NCBI GenBank assembly: GCA_963827195.1
Contig: CAWGZT010000008.1
Location: 127,708-191,707 of the forward strand
Length of the DNA stretch: 64,000 nt
From: an uncultured Actinomycetota bacterium
GTDB lineage: Bacteria > Actinomycetota > Actinomycetes > Propionibacteriales > Nocardioidaceae
Reading direction: 5' to 3'
In this document: positions 54,592 through 63,161 of the stretch, in pieces
Layout of the letters: every line of letters begins with the position of its first letter
How positions within the stretch are numbered: position 1 is the first letter of the stretch
Translations under genes and position numbers: made by a program
Notes under the pieces: generated by a model
What the model saw: the letters and a program-made list of their open reading frames with translations, nothing else
Database searches by the model: none
What the model was told of the DNA's origin: nothing

Positions 54592-56265
54592 ATGAGCCCC
54601 GACGCGAGCCCCAGCATCGATCGTCGGAGCCTGCTGGTCCGTGGTGCTGCCGGGCTCGCCGCCACAGGCGCGGCGGTCGCCGTGGCCGGGTGGGACACCG
54701 CCTACGCGGCCCAGGCGCCGTTCGTCCACGGCGTCGCCTCCGGCGACCCGCTGCCGCACGCCGTCGTGATCTGGACCCGGGTCACCCCCGATCGCCACTC
54801 CCAGCCGGGGTCGGGTCGCGGACCCGCCGTCGACGTGGAGTGGGAGGTCGCGACCGACGCCTCCTTCCGTCGCGTCGTCCGCCGCGGCCGCCGTCGCACC
54901 ACGGCCCGACTCGACCACACCGTCCACGTCGACGTCACCGGCCTCGCGCCGGGGTCGACGTACTGGTTCCGCTTCCGCGCGCTCGGGTCACGGTCCCCGG
55001 TGGGGCGCACCCGCACGGCCCCCGCACCCGGGGCGGACACCGCCGTACGACTCGGCGTCGTCTCGTGCGCCAACTACGACTGGGGCTTCTTCGCGGCCTA
55101 CCGCCACCTGGCCGGGCAGGAGGTCGACGCCGTGCTGCACCTGGGCGACTACCTCTACGAGTACGGCCCCGACGGACCGCTGGGCGAGGGGATGCCTGCC
55201 CCCGCGGCACCCCGGCACGCCGACCCGCCACGCGAGTGCACCACCCTGCGCGACTACCGGATCCGGCACGGTTGCTACCGGCTCGACCCCGACCTCCAGG
55301 CCATGCACGCGCGACACCCCGTCATCGCGGTGTGGGACGACCACGAGATCGCCAACGACACCTGGCGCGGTGGCGCCGAGAACCACGACGCCGGCGAGCA
55401 CTCGTGGGAGTCGCGCTCGCGCGGTGGACGTCGCGCCTGGCTGGAGTGGCTCCCCGTACGCCGTCCGAGCGGCGCGGGACGCTTCCGGATCCACCGTCGA
55501 GCCCGCTTCGGCAGGCACGTGGAGCTGTGGATGCTCGACGAGCGACGCTTCCGCGACCAGCAGCCCGACAGCGCCGCCTTCAGCGCCGGGTCGGTCGACC
55601 CGTCGCGCAACGACCCGGACCGCACCATGCTCGGTGAGCGCCAGTCCGCCTGGCTCCGCGACGGACTGGCGCGAAGCCGGGCGACCTGGAAGGTCATCGG
55701 CAACCAGGTGCCCTTCTTCCCGACCGTGCTCGGCCCGGCCTACCCCGCGCAGGTCTCGGCCATCCTCGAGCCGCTCTCGCCCGCGCTCGCCCACGAGCAG
55801 GTCGCCTACTACGTCGACGACTGGAACGGCTATCCCGCCGAGCGGCGGCGCCTGGTCACGGCGATGAGCAAGGTCGAGGACGTCGTGCTGCTGACCGGCG
55901 ACGTGCACCAGAGCTATGCCTGCGAGATCCCGCGCGACCCGGGCACCTACGCGGTGACCGGCGAGTCCGTGGCGGTCGAGCTGATCGCCCCCGGCATCAG
56001 CTCGCCCAGCATCTCCACCATCGTCGCGCAGTTCTTCCCCGGCGCCGACCTCGCGCTGGACGGCGCGACCGGCAGCAACGAGCGGGTCTTCAACCCGTGG
56101 ATCAAGTTCCGCGAGAGCTCGCGGTGCGGCTACCTGCTGGTCGACATCGACGCCGACCGGGTGCGGGCGCAGTGGTGGCTGGCCGACGACGCGCAGTCCC
56201 GTCGTACGCCGGTGCGGCTCGCGCACACCACCCGGGTGCAGCGGGGGTCGAGCCGGATCGGCTGA
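54592..56265 (+). CDS. phoD: Alkaline phosphatase D (Tat-exported)
   Basis: 557 aa. Tat signal SIDRRSLLVRGAAGLAATGAA. Motif FVHGVASGDPLPHAVVIWTRV. Metallophosphatase motifs LHLGDYLYEY and WDDHE. Confidence 0.9.
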   Translation: MSPDASPSIDRRSLLVRGAAGLAATGAAVAVAGWDTAYAAQAPFVHGVASGDPLPHAVVIWTRVTPDRHSQPGSGRGPAVDVEWEVATDASFRRVVRRGRRRTTARLDHTVHVDVTGLAPGSTYWFRFRALGSRSPVGRTRTAPAPGADTAVRLGVVSCANYDWGFFAAYRHLAGQEVDAVLHLGDYLYEYGPDGPLGEGMPAPAAPRHADPPRECTTLRDYRIRHGCYRLDPDLQAMHARHPVIAVWDDHEIANDTWRGGAENHDAGEHSWESRSRGGRRAWLEWLPVRRPSGAGRFRIHRRARFGRHVELWMLDERRFRDQQPDSAAFSAGSVDPSRNDPDRTMLGERQSAWLRDGLARSRATWKVIGNQVPFFPTVLGPAYPAQVSAILEPLSPALAHEQVAYYVDDWNGYPAERRRLVTAMSKVEDVVLLTGDVHQSYACEIPRDPGTYAVTGESVAVELIAPGISSPSISTIVAQFFPGADLALDGATGSNERVFNPWIKFRESSRCGYLLVDIDADRVRAQWWLADDAQSRRTPVRLAHTTRVQRGSSRIG

Positions 56266-56363
56266 CCCTCCCGACACGCGGGCAGACAGGCCCCGGGTCG
56301 ACGCCCGGACCGACAGGTCGTGGCCGGATGGCCTTTCCTCGAGGGCTGACCTATGGTCGAGGG

Positions 56364-56528
56364 ATGCGCGTGACTGGAGGGGCCTCGACGACCGAGTCGG
56401 TCGAGCCCGGACGCGCGCCCTCCGGTGCCGCCCTGCTGGCACTGCGCCTCGGCGAGGAGGCCCGCGGACTGCGTGGTCTCGACGTGCTGCGCCGCAGCGT
56501 CGACCGCGCCCCGCCTGTCACCTCCTGA
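56364..56528 (+). CDS. Possible small ORF (54 aa) upstream of the DksA/TraR gene
   Basis: ATG at 56364 after GAGGG. High third-position G/C. It is the tail of track ORF 56097-56528. No homology evidence is available to me. Confidence 0.3.
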   Translation: MRVTGGASTTESVEPGRAPSGAALLALRLGEEARGLRGLDVLRRSVDRAPPVTS

Positions 56529-56618
56529 CGCCGTCACGGCGTCCGACGCCGTCCAGCGCACCGACCCGCGAGCGACCTCGCCGGCTCGGGGCGCCTCTTC
56601 GTCCGCCCAGGAGCAGTC

Positions 56619-56981
56619 ATGAGCCTCGTCCCATCCATGTCCCAGTCGATGTCCACCACCACCACGTCCCCGGCACCCGGCCCCTCGCGCCGCGGCGGGT
56701 CGAGCGTCGCCGACGACCTGCGCCCGGTCCTCGAGGCGGCCGACGCGCTCCGCAGGTCCCAGCTCGCTGATCTGCCGCCGACGGGGTCCGAGCAGCACGT
56801 CGTCCAGGCAGCCCACCGGGCCAGCGTGGAGCGCATCCACGGGCTCGTGGTCGCGGCGCTGCAGCGCCTCGAGGCCGGTAGGTACGGCACCTGCGTGCGC
56901 TGCCGTGGCCTGCTCGACGCAGCCCGGCTCTACCGCTGCCCGTGGGTCGCGGACTGCGCCTCGTGTGCGGGCGGTGCGTGA
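56619..56981 (+). CDS. DksA/TraR-family C4 zinc-finger protein
   Basis: 120 aa. C-terminus GTCVRCRGLL..RCPWVADCASC (CxxC..CxxC-like). Confidence 0.7.
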   Translation: MSLVPSMSQSMSTTTTSPAPGPSRRGGSSVADDLRPVLEAADALRRSQLADLPPTGSEQHVVQAAHRASVERIHGLVVAALQRLEAGRYGTCVRCRGLLDAARLYRCPWVADCASCAGGA

Positions 56982-57025
56982 TGGCTGGGGTCCGCTGACG
57001 GGACGGCTGGTCGCCGACAACCTGC

Positions 57026-58045
57026 TCAGCGGTCGGACGCCGCCCGAGCTGGCGCCGTTCGACCCGCTTCGCTGACGGTCCGCTGCGAGAGCCAGGCGTC
57101 GACCGCTGCGTAGGCGAGGCGGCGCGGCTCGGGCAGGGACAGGAAGACGTCGTGGCGGGCGTCGGGCACCGGCGTGACGGTGGTCGCGCCCCCGAGGCAG
57201 CCGGCCCAGCGCGCGATCTGACGCACGTCGAGCACGGTGTCGGCCCGGTCGCTGGCGTCGGTGTGCGTGCGCGAGTAGTGCGTCTTGTCCGAGCGCAGCA
57301 CCAGCGACGGGACGCCGATGTCGAGCCCCTGGTGCAGGCGGGCGTGGCCACGGCGCACTGCGTTGAGCCAGCCGACGGTGACCGGGAAGCCCTCGATCGG
57401 CTTGAGCGCGACGTCGTAGTCCCACTCGCCGGAGCCGCTGACGTGCAGGCTGTTGCCGTAGACCGTGTCGCTCAGCTCGAGGTCGCGCAGCGGCTGGATG
57501 CGCGCCAGCACGCGCAGCGCTTGGGTGAAGGGGCCACGCATGACGGGCTTGCCCTGCATGTCGAACCACGGGCTGTTCAGCACCAGTCCGACGACGGGTG
57601 CGACCCGGCCGGCGCGGCGACGCCGGTCCAGCCACAGCGGGGTGATCAGGCCGCCGGTGGAGTGCGCGACGACGGTGACCGGGGCCCCGGGGTGCGCGGC
57701 GGAGATGAGGTCGAGGGAGCGCTCCAGCTCGGCGTCGTACTGCTCGAGGTCGGAGGCGTAGTGGGCCGTCTGGCCCTCCCGTCGCGCGCGGCCGCACTTG
57801 CGCAGGTCGAGCCCGAAGAACGCGTGCCCGCGCTCGGCGAAGAAGTCGGCGAGATCGGTCTGGAAGAAGTAGTCCGAGAAGCCGTGGACGTAGAGGACGG
57901 CGCCCTCGACGACCTCGCCCTCCTGCGGCGTACGACGCACGAGGACGGCTGCCGCGTCCCCCTCGCCGTCGGGGTCCGGGCCGAGGTCGAGCACGGTCTG
58001 CTCGTAGCCGTCGCCGAGGAGGTCGGGCTGCCAGGACGTGCTCAT
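57026..58045 (-). CDS. Alpha/beta-hydrolase (lysophospholipase / monoglyceride-lipase-like)
   Basis: 339 aa. Its ATG overlaps the monooxygenase stop (ATGA). Motifs LYVHGFSDYFF and nucleophile elbow VVAHSTGG. Confidence 0.8.
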   Translation of the reverse strand: MSTSWQPDLLGDGYEQTVLDLGPDPDGEGDAAAVLVRRTPQEGEVVEGAVLYVHGFSDYFFQTDLADFFAERGHAFFGLDLRKCGRARREGQTAHYASDLEQYDAELERSLDLISAAHPGAPVTVVAHSTGGLITPLWLDRRRRAGRVAPVVGLVLNSPWFDMQGKPVMRGPFTQALRVLARIQPLRDLELSDTVYGNSLHVSGSGEWDYDVALKPIEGFPVTVGWLNAVRRGHARLHQGLDIGVPSLVLRSDKTHYSRTHTDASDRADTVLDVRQIARWAGCLGGATTVTPVPDARHDVFLSLPEPRRLAYAAVDAWLSQRTVSEAGRTAPARAASDR

Positions 58046-59577
58046 GCGCTGGCGGGGACCGTGACCGGCACGCTCACGACGGGCGACGCATCGGCCGGTG
58101 AGAGGGGGCCGGTGACGGGCACGAGCGATCGCGCGAGCGGTGCGCGCAGGGTGGTGATCGAGTCGAGCATGTAGTTCTGCCGGACCTGCCAGGGCCGGCG
58201 GTCGCCCTGACGGGGGAAGGACGCGATCGAGCGCTGGACGTAGCCCGCGGCGAGGTCGAGCAGCGGCTGGGGGGTGAGCCCGGCGTCGGCCCGGGCGACG
58301 ACGGCGGCGTGGCCCTCACGCTCCATCCAGCCGAGCACCTTGGTCACCAGCCGGTGGGTGAGGTCGGCGCGCAGGGTCCAGGACGCGTTGGTGTAGCCGA
58401 TGCACAGCGCGAAGTTGGGGACACCGGTGATCATCGCGCCGTTCCAGACGTACTGCTCGGAGAGCTCGACGCGCTCACCGTCGACGTGTGGCTCGATGCC
58501 GCCGAACGCCTGGAGGCGCAGGCCGGTCGCGGTGACGATGATGTCGGCCTCGAGCGTCTCGCCCGAGCTCAGCAGGATGCCCTCGGGCACGAAGCGCTCG
58601 ATGGTGTCGGTGACGACCGCCGCCTCGCCCTTGCGGATCGCCACGAAGAGGTCGCCGCTGGGGATGGCGCACAGGCGCTGCTCCCAGGGGTTGTAGGTCG
58701 GCGTGAAGTGGTCGGCCACGAGCTGGGCGTCGCCGAGGAACTTCGTGCTGATGCCGGTCAGCATCTTGCGCGCGGACTCCGGGCGACGCACGCAGAACTG
58801 GTAGACGGCGGTGGTGAAGGCGATGTTCTTCGCGCGCACGACCTGGTGGGCCAGGCCCGCCGGCAGCACCGACTTGATCAGCGCCGCCTTCGAGTCCTCG
58901 CTGGGCACCGCGGTGATCCAGGTGGGCGTGCGCTGCAGCATGGTCACGTGCGCCGCGGCGCCGTCACCGTCGAGCAGCGACGGCACGAGCGTCACCGCCG
59001 TGGCGCCGGAGCCGATGACGACCACCTTCTTGCCGGCGTAGTCCAGCGACTCGGGCCAGAACTGCGGGTGCACGACCTCGCCGGCGAAGTCGTCGGCGCC
59101 GACGAACTCGGGGGCGTGCGGCTGCTCGTAGTCGTAGTAGCCCGCGCAGGAGTAGAGGAAGCCGCAGGTCATCTCGCGGGTCTCCCCGGTGCGGGTGTCC
59201 TCGAGCGTGAGCCGCCAGTGGGCGGTGGCGGTGTCGAAGTCGGCGCCCACGACCTTGGTGGCGTAGGTGATGTGCTCGTCGATGCCGAACTCGGTGGCGG
59301 TCTCGTGGATGTAGTCCAGGATCGACGCGCCGTCGGCCAGCGACTTCGCCCCGGCCCACGGCTTGAACGAGTAGCCCAGCGTGTACATGTCGGAGTCGGA
59401 GCGCACGCCCGGGTAGCGGAAGAGGTCCCAGGTGCCGCCGAGGCTCTCGCGCATCTCGAGGATCGCGTACGACGACCCGGGGCGCTCGGTCTGCAGGCGG
59501 TAGGCCGCGCCCACCCCGGACAGGCCGGCGCCCACGATCACGACGTCGACGTGGGTGCTGGCTGAAGGGAGGCTCAT
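58042..59577 (-). CDS. Flavin-containing (Baeyer-Villiger-type, EthA/MymA-like) monooxygenase
   Basis: 511 aa. FAD motif VVIVGAGLSGVGAAY, FxGxxxHxxxW-like FAGEVVHPQFWP, second dinucleotide motif VVVIGSGATAV. Confidence 0.9.
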   Translation of the reverse strand: MSLPSASTHVDVVIVGAGLSGVGAAYRLQTERPGSSYAILEMRESLGGTWDLFRYPGVRSDSDMYTLGYSFKPWAGAKSLADGASILDYIHETATEFGIDEHITYATKVVGADFDTATAHWRLTLEDTRTGETREMTCGFLYSCAGYYDYEQPHAPEFVGADDFAGEVVHPQFWPESLDYAGKKVVVIGSGATAVTLVPSLLDGDGAAAHVTMLQRTPTWITAVPSEDSKAALIKSVLPAGLAHQVVRAKNIAFTTAVYQFCVRRPESARKMLTGISTKFLGDAQLVADHFTPTYNPWEQRLCAIPSGDLFVAIRKGEAAVVTDTIERFVPEGILLSSGETLEADIIVTATGLRLQAFGGIEPHVDGERVELSEQYVWNGAMITGVPNFALCIGYTNASWTLRADLTHRLVTKVLGWMEREGHAAVVARADAGLTPQPLLDLAAGYVQRSIASFPRQGDRRPWQVRQNYMLDSITTLRAPLARSLVPVTGPLSPADASPVVSVPVTVPASA

Positions 59578-59606
59578 CCCACCAGTGTGGGCGCTTCGAG
59601 CCCAGA

Positions 59607-59642
59607 GTTCTTGACTCTGGACGACACGTTCTTGACCTTGAC
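59607..59642. promoter_or_regulatory. Direct repeats GTTCTTGAC (59607-59615 and 59628-59636, 21-bp spacing) plus an adjacent CTTGAC, in the AraC/monooxygenase spacer
   Basis: Read directly in the 91-bp gap between the AraC stop and the monooxygenase start. Confidence 0.5.
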
Positions 59643-59668
59643 CGACAGTCGGGGTGCGGGGCGCGCCG

Positions 59669-60691
59669 TCAGCGACCGGCCCGGCGTACGGCCCGGGGCG
59701 TCTGGTCCCACCACCGCCGCGAGGCGCGGGTCAGCGCCGACTGCTCCGAGAGCCCGATCAGCCCGGCGACCTGCGAGAGCGGCAGGTCGGTCGTCTCGAG
59801 GTAGCGACGGGCCACCGAGGCGCGCACGTCGTCCAGGATCTGCGCGTAGGACGTGCCCTCGTCGGCGAGCCGACGCTGGAGGGTCCGGGGGTGCAGGCTC
59901 AGCACCCGGGCGACCGCGGTGATCTCCGCGGCGCCGGTCCCGAGCAGCTGGTCGATCGCGCTGCGCACGGCCGGCGCGACCAGCGCCGCAGCACCCGGCC
60001 CGGGCTCGGCGGGGGACTGCTCGGCCAGGTGCTGCAGCGCGAGCTGACGGACCAGGGCGTCGCTGCCGACGAGGGACACGCGCTGGAGGCTGCTGGGAAA
60101 ACGGAGCACGGCGCCCGGTCGACCGAAGCGCACGGGGGCGCCGAAGAACGTCTCGTAGGTCTCCGACGCAGCCAGCGGCGCATGCGGCAGGTCGACGCCG
60201 AGCAGGTCGTAGTCGGCGCCGACCAGCGAGCAGATCGCCCGGTGCAGGGAGCCGAGGCACAGGTCGGTGCCCTGCGGTGGCGGCGCGACGCCGGGAGCCG
60301 TCACGTCGTAGCGCAGCGCGGAGACGCCGACCGCGCCGTCCGGATCTGGCTCGAGGGTCAACCGCATCCCGGGTGCGTGGAGGAAGAGATAGCGCGAGGT
60401 GCACTCGAGCGCCTCCGCGACGGTCGGCGCGTTCTGGATCGCCAGCGCGAGAGGCCCCAGCAACGAGAGGTCCTGGTGCTCGGCGACGCGCAGCCCCAGG
60501 TCCGGGCAGCCCAGGTCCGCCGCTGCGATCTCCAGGGTCGTCGCGGCCGCGACGTCGGGCATCAGGATGTCGTCGGCGTCGAGCGCGGCCGGGTCCAGCC
60601 CGCCGAGCCGGGCGTAGTGGTCCGCGTCGCCGCCGAGCGAGGCGACGGTCGTGCGGAGCCCGCGCAGCCCCGCCGAGCGGATGACCGGCAT
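59669..60691 (-). CDS. AraC-family transcriptional regulator (VirS-like architecture)
   Basis: 340 aa from the ATG at 60691. N-terminal effector-binding-type domain. C-terminal HTH ..ITAVARVLSLHPRTLQRRLADEG..YLETTDLPLSQVAGLIGLSEQSALTRA. Confidence 0.85.
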   Translation of the reverse strand: MPVIRSAGLRGLRTTVASLGGDADHYARLGGLDPAALDADDILMPDVAAATTLEIAAADLGCPDLGLRVAEHQDLSLLGPLALAIQNAPTVAEALECTSRYLFLHAPGMRLTLEPDPDGAVGVSALRYDVTAPGVAPPPQGTDLCLGSLHRAICSLVGADYDLLGVDLPHAPLAASETYETFFGAPVRFGRPGAVLRFPSSLQRVSLVGSDALVRQLALQHLAEQSPAEPGPGAAALVAPAVRSAIDQLLGTGAAEITAVARVLSLHPRTLQRRLADEGTSYAQILDDVRASVARRYLETTDLPLSQVAGLIGLSEQSALTRASRRWWDQTPRAVRRAGR

Positions 60692-60979
60692 GTCGCCCAG
60701 GGTCCGGCGCGTGTCGTCAGGAGTCAAGCGGGCCGACGGGGTCGTCGTAACGGCGCTGCGCGCGGGTCGTTGGACTGCTGTGCCCGATGCCCCCAGATCC
60801 ACCCCCCGCCGCACCCGCCGACCTGCTCGCGCGGCTCTCGGCGCGGCGCTGGTCCTGCTCGCCACCGCCCTGACCGTGCTCACCCCCAGCGCCGCAGTGA
60901 CTGTCGGGGTGGGTGCGGCGACGTCCGCGAGCGACCGTGGTGCGACACCCGACTCTCGGCCGACAAGCGTGCCGGCCTG

Positions 60980-63052
60980 GTGCTGGCCCGGCTGACGCTG
61001 GACGAGAAGATCGCCCTGCTCGGCGGCGACGAGCTGATGGGCGCCGCGGGCGGAGAGGGCACCCACACCGGCACCAGCGACGGCCTCGCTCGCCTCGGGA
61101 TCCCGACGCTCTACTTCAGCGACGGCCCGGTCGGCACCCGGCAGGGCAAGGCGACCCAGATGCCCTCCCCGATGGCGGTGGCGTCGTCGTTCTCGGCCGT
61201 GACCTCGCGGGCGGCCGGGGCGGTCATCGCCGACGAGGCGCGCAAGAAGGGCAACCACGTCGTCTTCGCACCCGGGGTCAACATCGGCCGGACCCCACTC
61301 AACGGCCGGACCTTCGAGTACTACGGGGAGGACCCCTACCTCGCCGGTCAGCTGGGCGTGGGGTTCATCCGGGGCATCCAGTCGCAGGGCCTGATCGCCA
61401 ACGTGAAGCACTACGCGGTCAACAACCAGGAGGGCGAGGGTTATGCCGTGCCGGGCTCACCCCTGGGCGCCGGGCTGGAGGGCAACCGCCTCTTCGTCAA
61501 TGCGGTGGTGGGGGAGCGGGCGCTGCGCGAGATCTACCTCCCCGCCTTCGAAGCCGCCGTCAAGGACGCCGACGTCGGCACGGTGATGTGCTCCTACAAC
61601 CGCATCAACGGCGCCTACGGCTGCGAGAACGAGCACCTGCTGGTCGACATCCTCAAGCGGGAGTGGGGCTTCGAGGGCTTCGTCCTGACCGACTACGGCG
61701 CCGCGAAGAACACCCTCAACTCCCTCAACAACGGCCTCGATCTCGACATCTGGCCCGGCTTCGTCTACAGCCCGGTCGCGGTCCGGGCGCTGGTCGCGAC
61801 CTCACAGGTCAGCACGGACACCATCGACGACCACGTGCGTCGCATCCTGCGCACGATGTTCGCCTACGGCATCTTCGACGCCCCGGCCTTCACCGACGAC
61901 GCCTCCCGCATCGACGTCAGGGCGCACCACGCACGGGCTGCCACGATCGAGGCCCAAGGCATGGTGCTGCTCAAGAACGAGAGGTCCCTGCTGCCCCTGA
62001 GCGCCCGGACGACCCGGACCCTCGCGGTGATCGGCCCCGAGGCTGACCTGATCCGCACCGGGGGTGGCTCCTCCGACGTCAAGCCGCTGCGCCGGGTGAC
62101 GCCCCTCGCCGGGCTGCGCGCCCGGCTCGGCGCGGGCCGGGTCGTCTACGACGACGGCTCCGACACGGAGCGCGCGGCAGCAGTGGCACGTCGCGCCGAC
62201 GCCGCGGTCGTGGTCGTCGGCGACAAGATGACAGAGGGTTCCGACAAGGCCGCTCCCACCCTCGGCTCCGGCCAGACCGACCGCATCGACCGCGATGCCC
62301 TCATCGCCGCGGTCGCCGCAGCCCAGCCACGCACGGTCGCGGTCCTGCAGAGCGGCGGCCCGGTCCTCACCCCGTGGCGCGCCAAGGTGCCCGCGGTCCT
62401 CGAGGCCTGGTATCCGGGACAGAACGTCGGTACGGCGCTCGCCCGCGTCCTCTTCGGCGACGTCGAGCCCGGTGGCCGGCTGCCGATGACGTTCCCCCGG
62501 CGCGCCGCAGACCTGCCGACCGCCGGTGACCGCTCCGCCTACCCCGGCGTCGCGGGCACGGTCCGCTACCGCGAGGGCGTGATGGTCGGCTACCGCCACT
62601 TCGACTCGCGCCGCATCCGCCCGGCGTACGCGTTCGGGCACGGGCTGGGCTACACCAGCTTCCGCTTCTCCCAACCCGTCCTGCGCCGCGGCCCGGGCTC
62701 GGGCGGAGCGGTTGTCACCGTCTCCTTCCGGGTGACCAACACCGGCAAGCGCGCCGGGTCGGCGGTGCCGCAGGTCTATGTCGCGATGCCGTCCCCCGGG
62801 CGGGGGACCCCGCAGCCGCCGCAGCAGCTCAAGGGCTTCACCAAGCTCCGGCTGGCCGCGGGTGCGAGCCGCCGGGTCACCGTCGAGCTGGATCGACGGG
62901 CGTTCTCCTTCTGGGACACCGCCGCCGACGGGTGGCGGGTCGCGCGCGGCTGCTACGACGTCGTGCTCGCGAAGTCGTCGCGTCGCCCCACCGGTCGGGC
63001 CCGAGTGTCCTGGTCCGCCGACTGCGGGCGAGGTGCCCTGCAGCTGAGGTGA
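60980..63052 (+). CDS. Glycoside hydrolase family 3 beta-glucosidase (conservative start; see finding on an out-of-frame signal peptide)
   Basis: Motifs LTLDEKIALLGG, GIPTLYFSDGPVG, GRTFEYYGEDPYL, KHYAVNNQE, VLTDYGA. C-terminal fibronectin-like/PA14-less tail. The GTG at 60980 is the first in-frame start after the frame break. Confidence 0.85.
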   Translation: MLARLTLDEKIALLGGDELMGAAGGEGTHTGTSDGLARLGIPTLYFSDGPVGTRQGKATQMPSPMAVASSFSAVTSRAAGAVIADEARKKGNHVVFAPGVNIGRTPLNGRTFEYYGEDPYLAGQLGVGFIRGIQSQGLIANVKHYAVNNQEGEGYAVPGSPLGAGLEGNRLFVNAVVGERALREIYLPAFEAAVKDADVGTVMCSYNRINGAYGCENEHLLVDILKREWGFEGFVLTDYGAAKNTLNSLNNGLDLDIWPGFVYSPVAVRALVATSQVSTDTIDDHVRRILRTMFAYGIFDAPAFTDDASRIDVRAHHARAATIEAQGMVLLKNERSLLPLSARTTRTLAVIGPEADLIRTGGGSSDVKPLRRVTPLAGLRARLGAGRVVYDDGSDTERAAAVARRADAAVVVVGDKMTEGSDKAAPTLGSGQTDRIDRDALIAAVAAAQPRTVAVLQSGGPVLTPWRAKVPAVLEAWYPGQNVGTALARVLFGDVEPGGRLPMTFPRRAADLPTAGDRSAYPGVAGTVRYREGVMVGYRHFDSRRIRPAYAFGHGLGYTSFRFSQPVLRRGPGSGGAVVTVSFRVTNTGKRAGSAVPQVYVAMPSPGRGTPQPPQQLKGFTKLRLAAGASRRVTVELDRRAFSFWDTAADGWRVARGCYDVVLAKSSRRPTGRARVSWSADCGRGALQLR

Positions 63053-63161
63053 CTCCGAGGCCGTGCGGGACGGCGCCAGGATGTCCGGCTCAAGAGATTT
63101 CCCAGGTCGCAGCGGCAGGGTGGTCGGCATCTCTCGGGATCCGCGACACGAGGGGACCACC

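Noticed and set aside
56130-57797. 555-aa minus-strand ORF spanning the phoD end, the DksA/TraR gene and part of the hydrolase
   Set aside because: It crosses three independently supported genes in other frames or strands, and its composition is Arg/Pro/Ala-rich.
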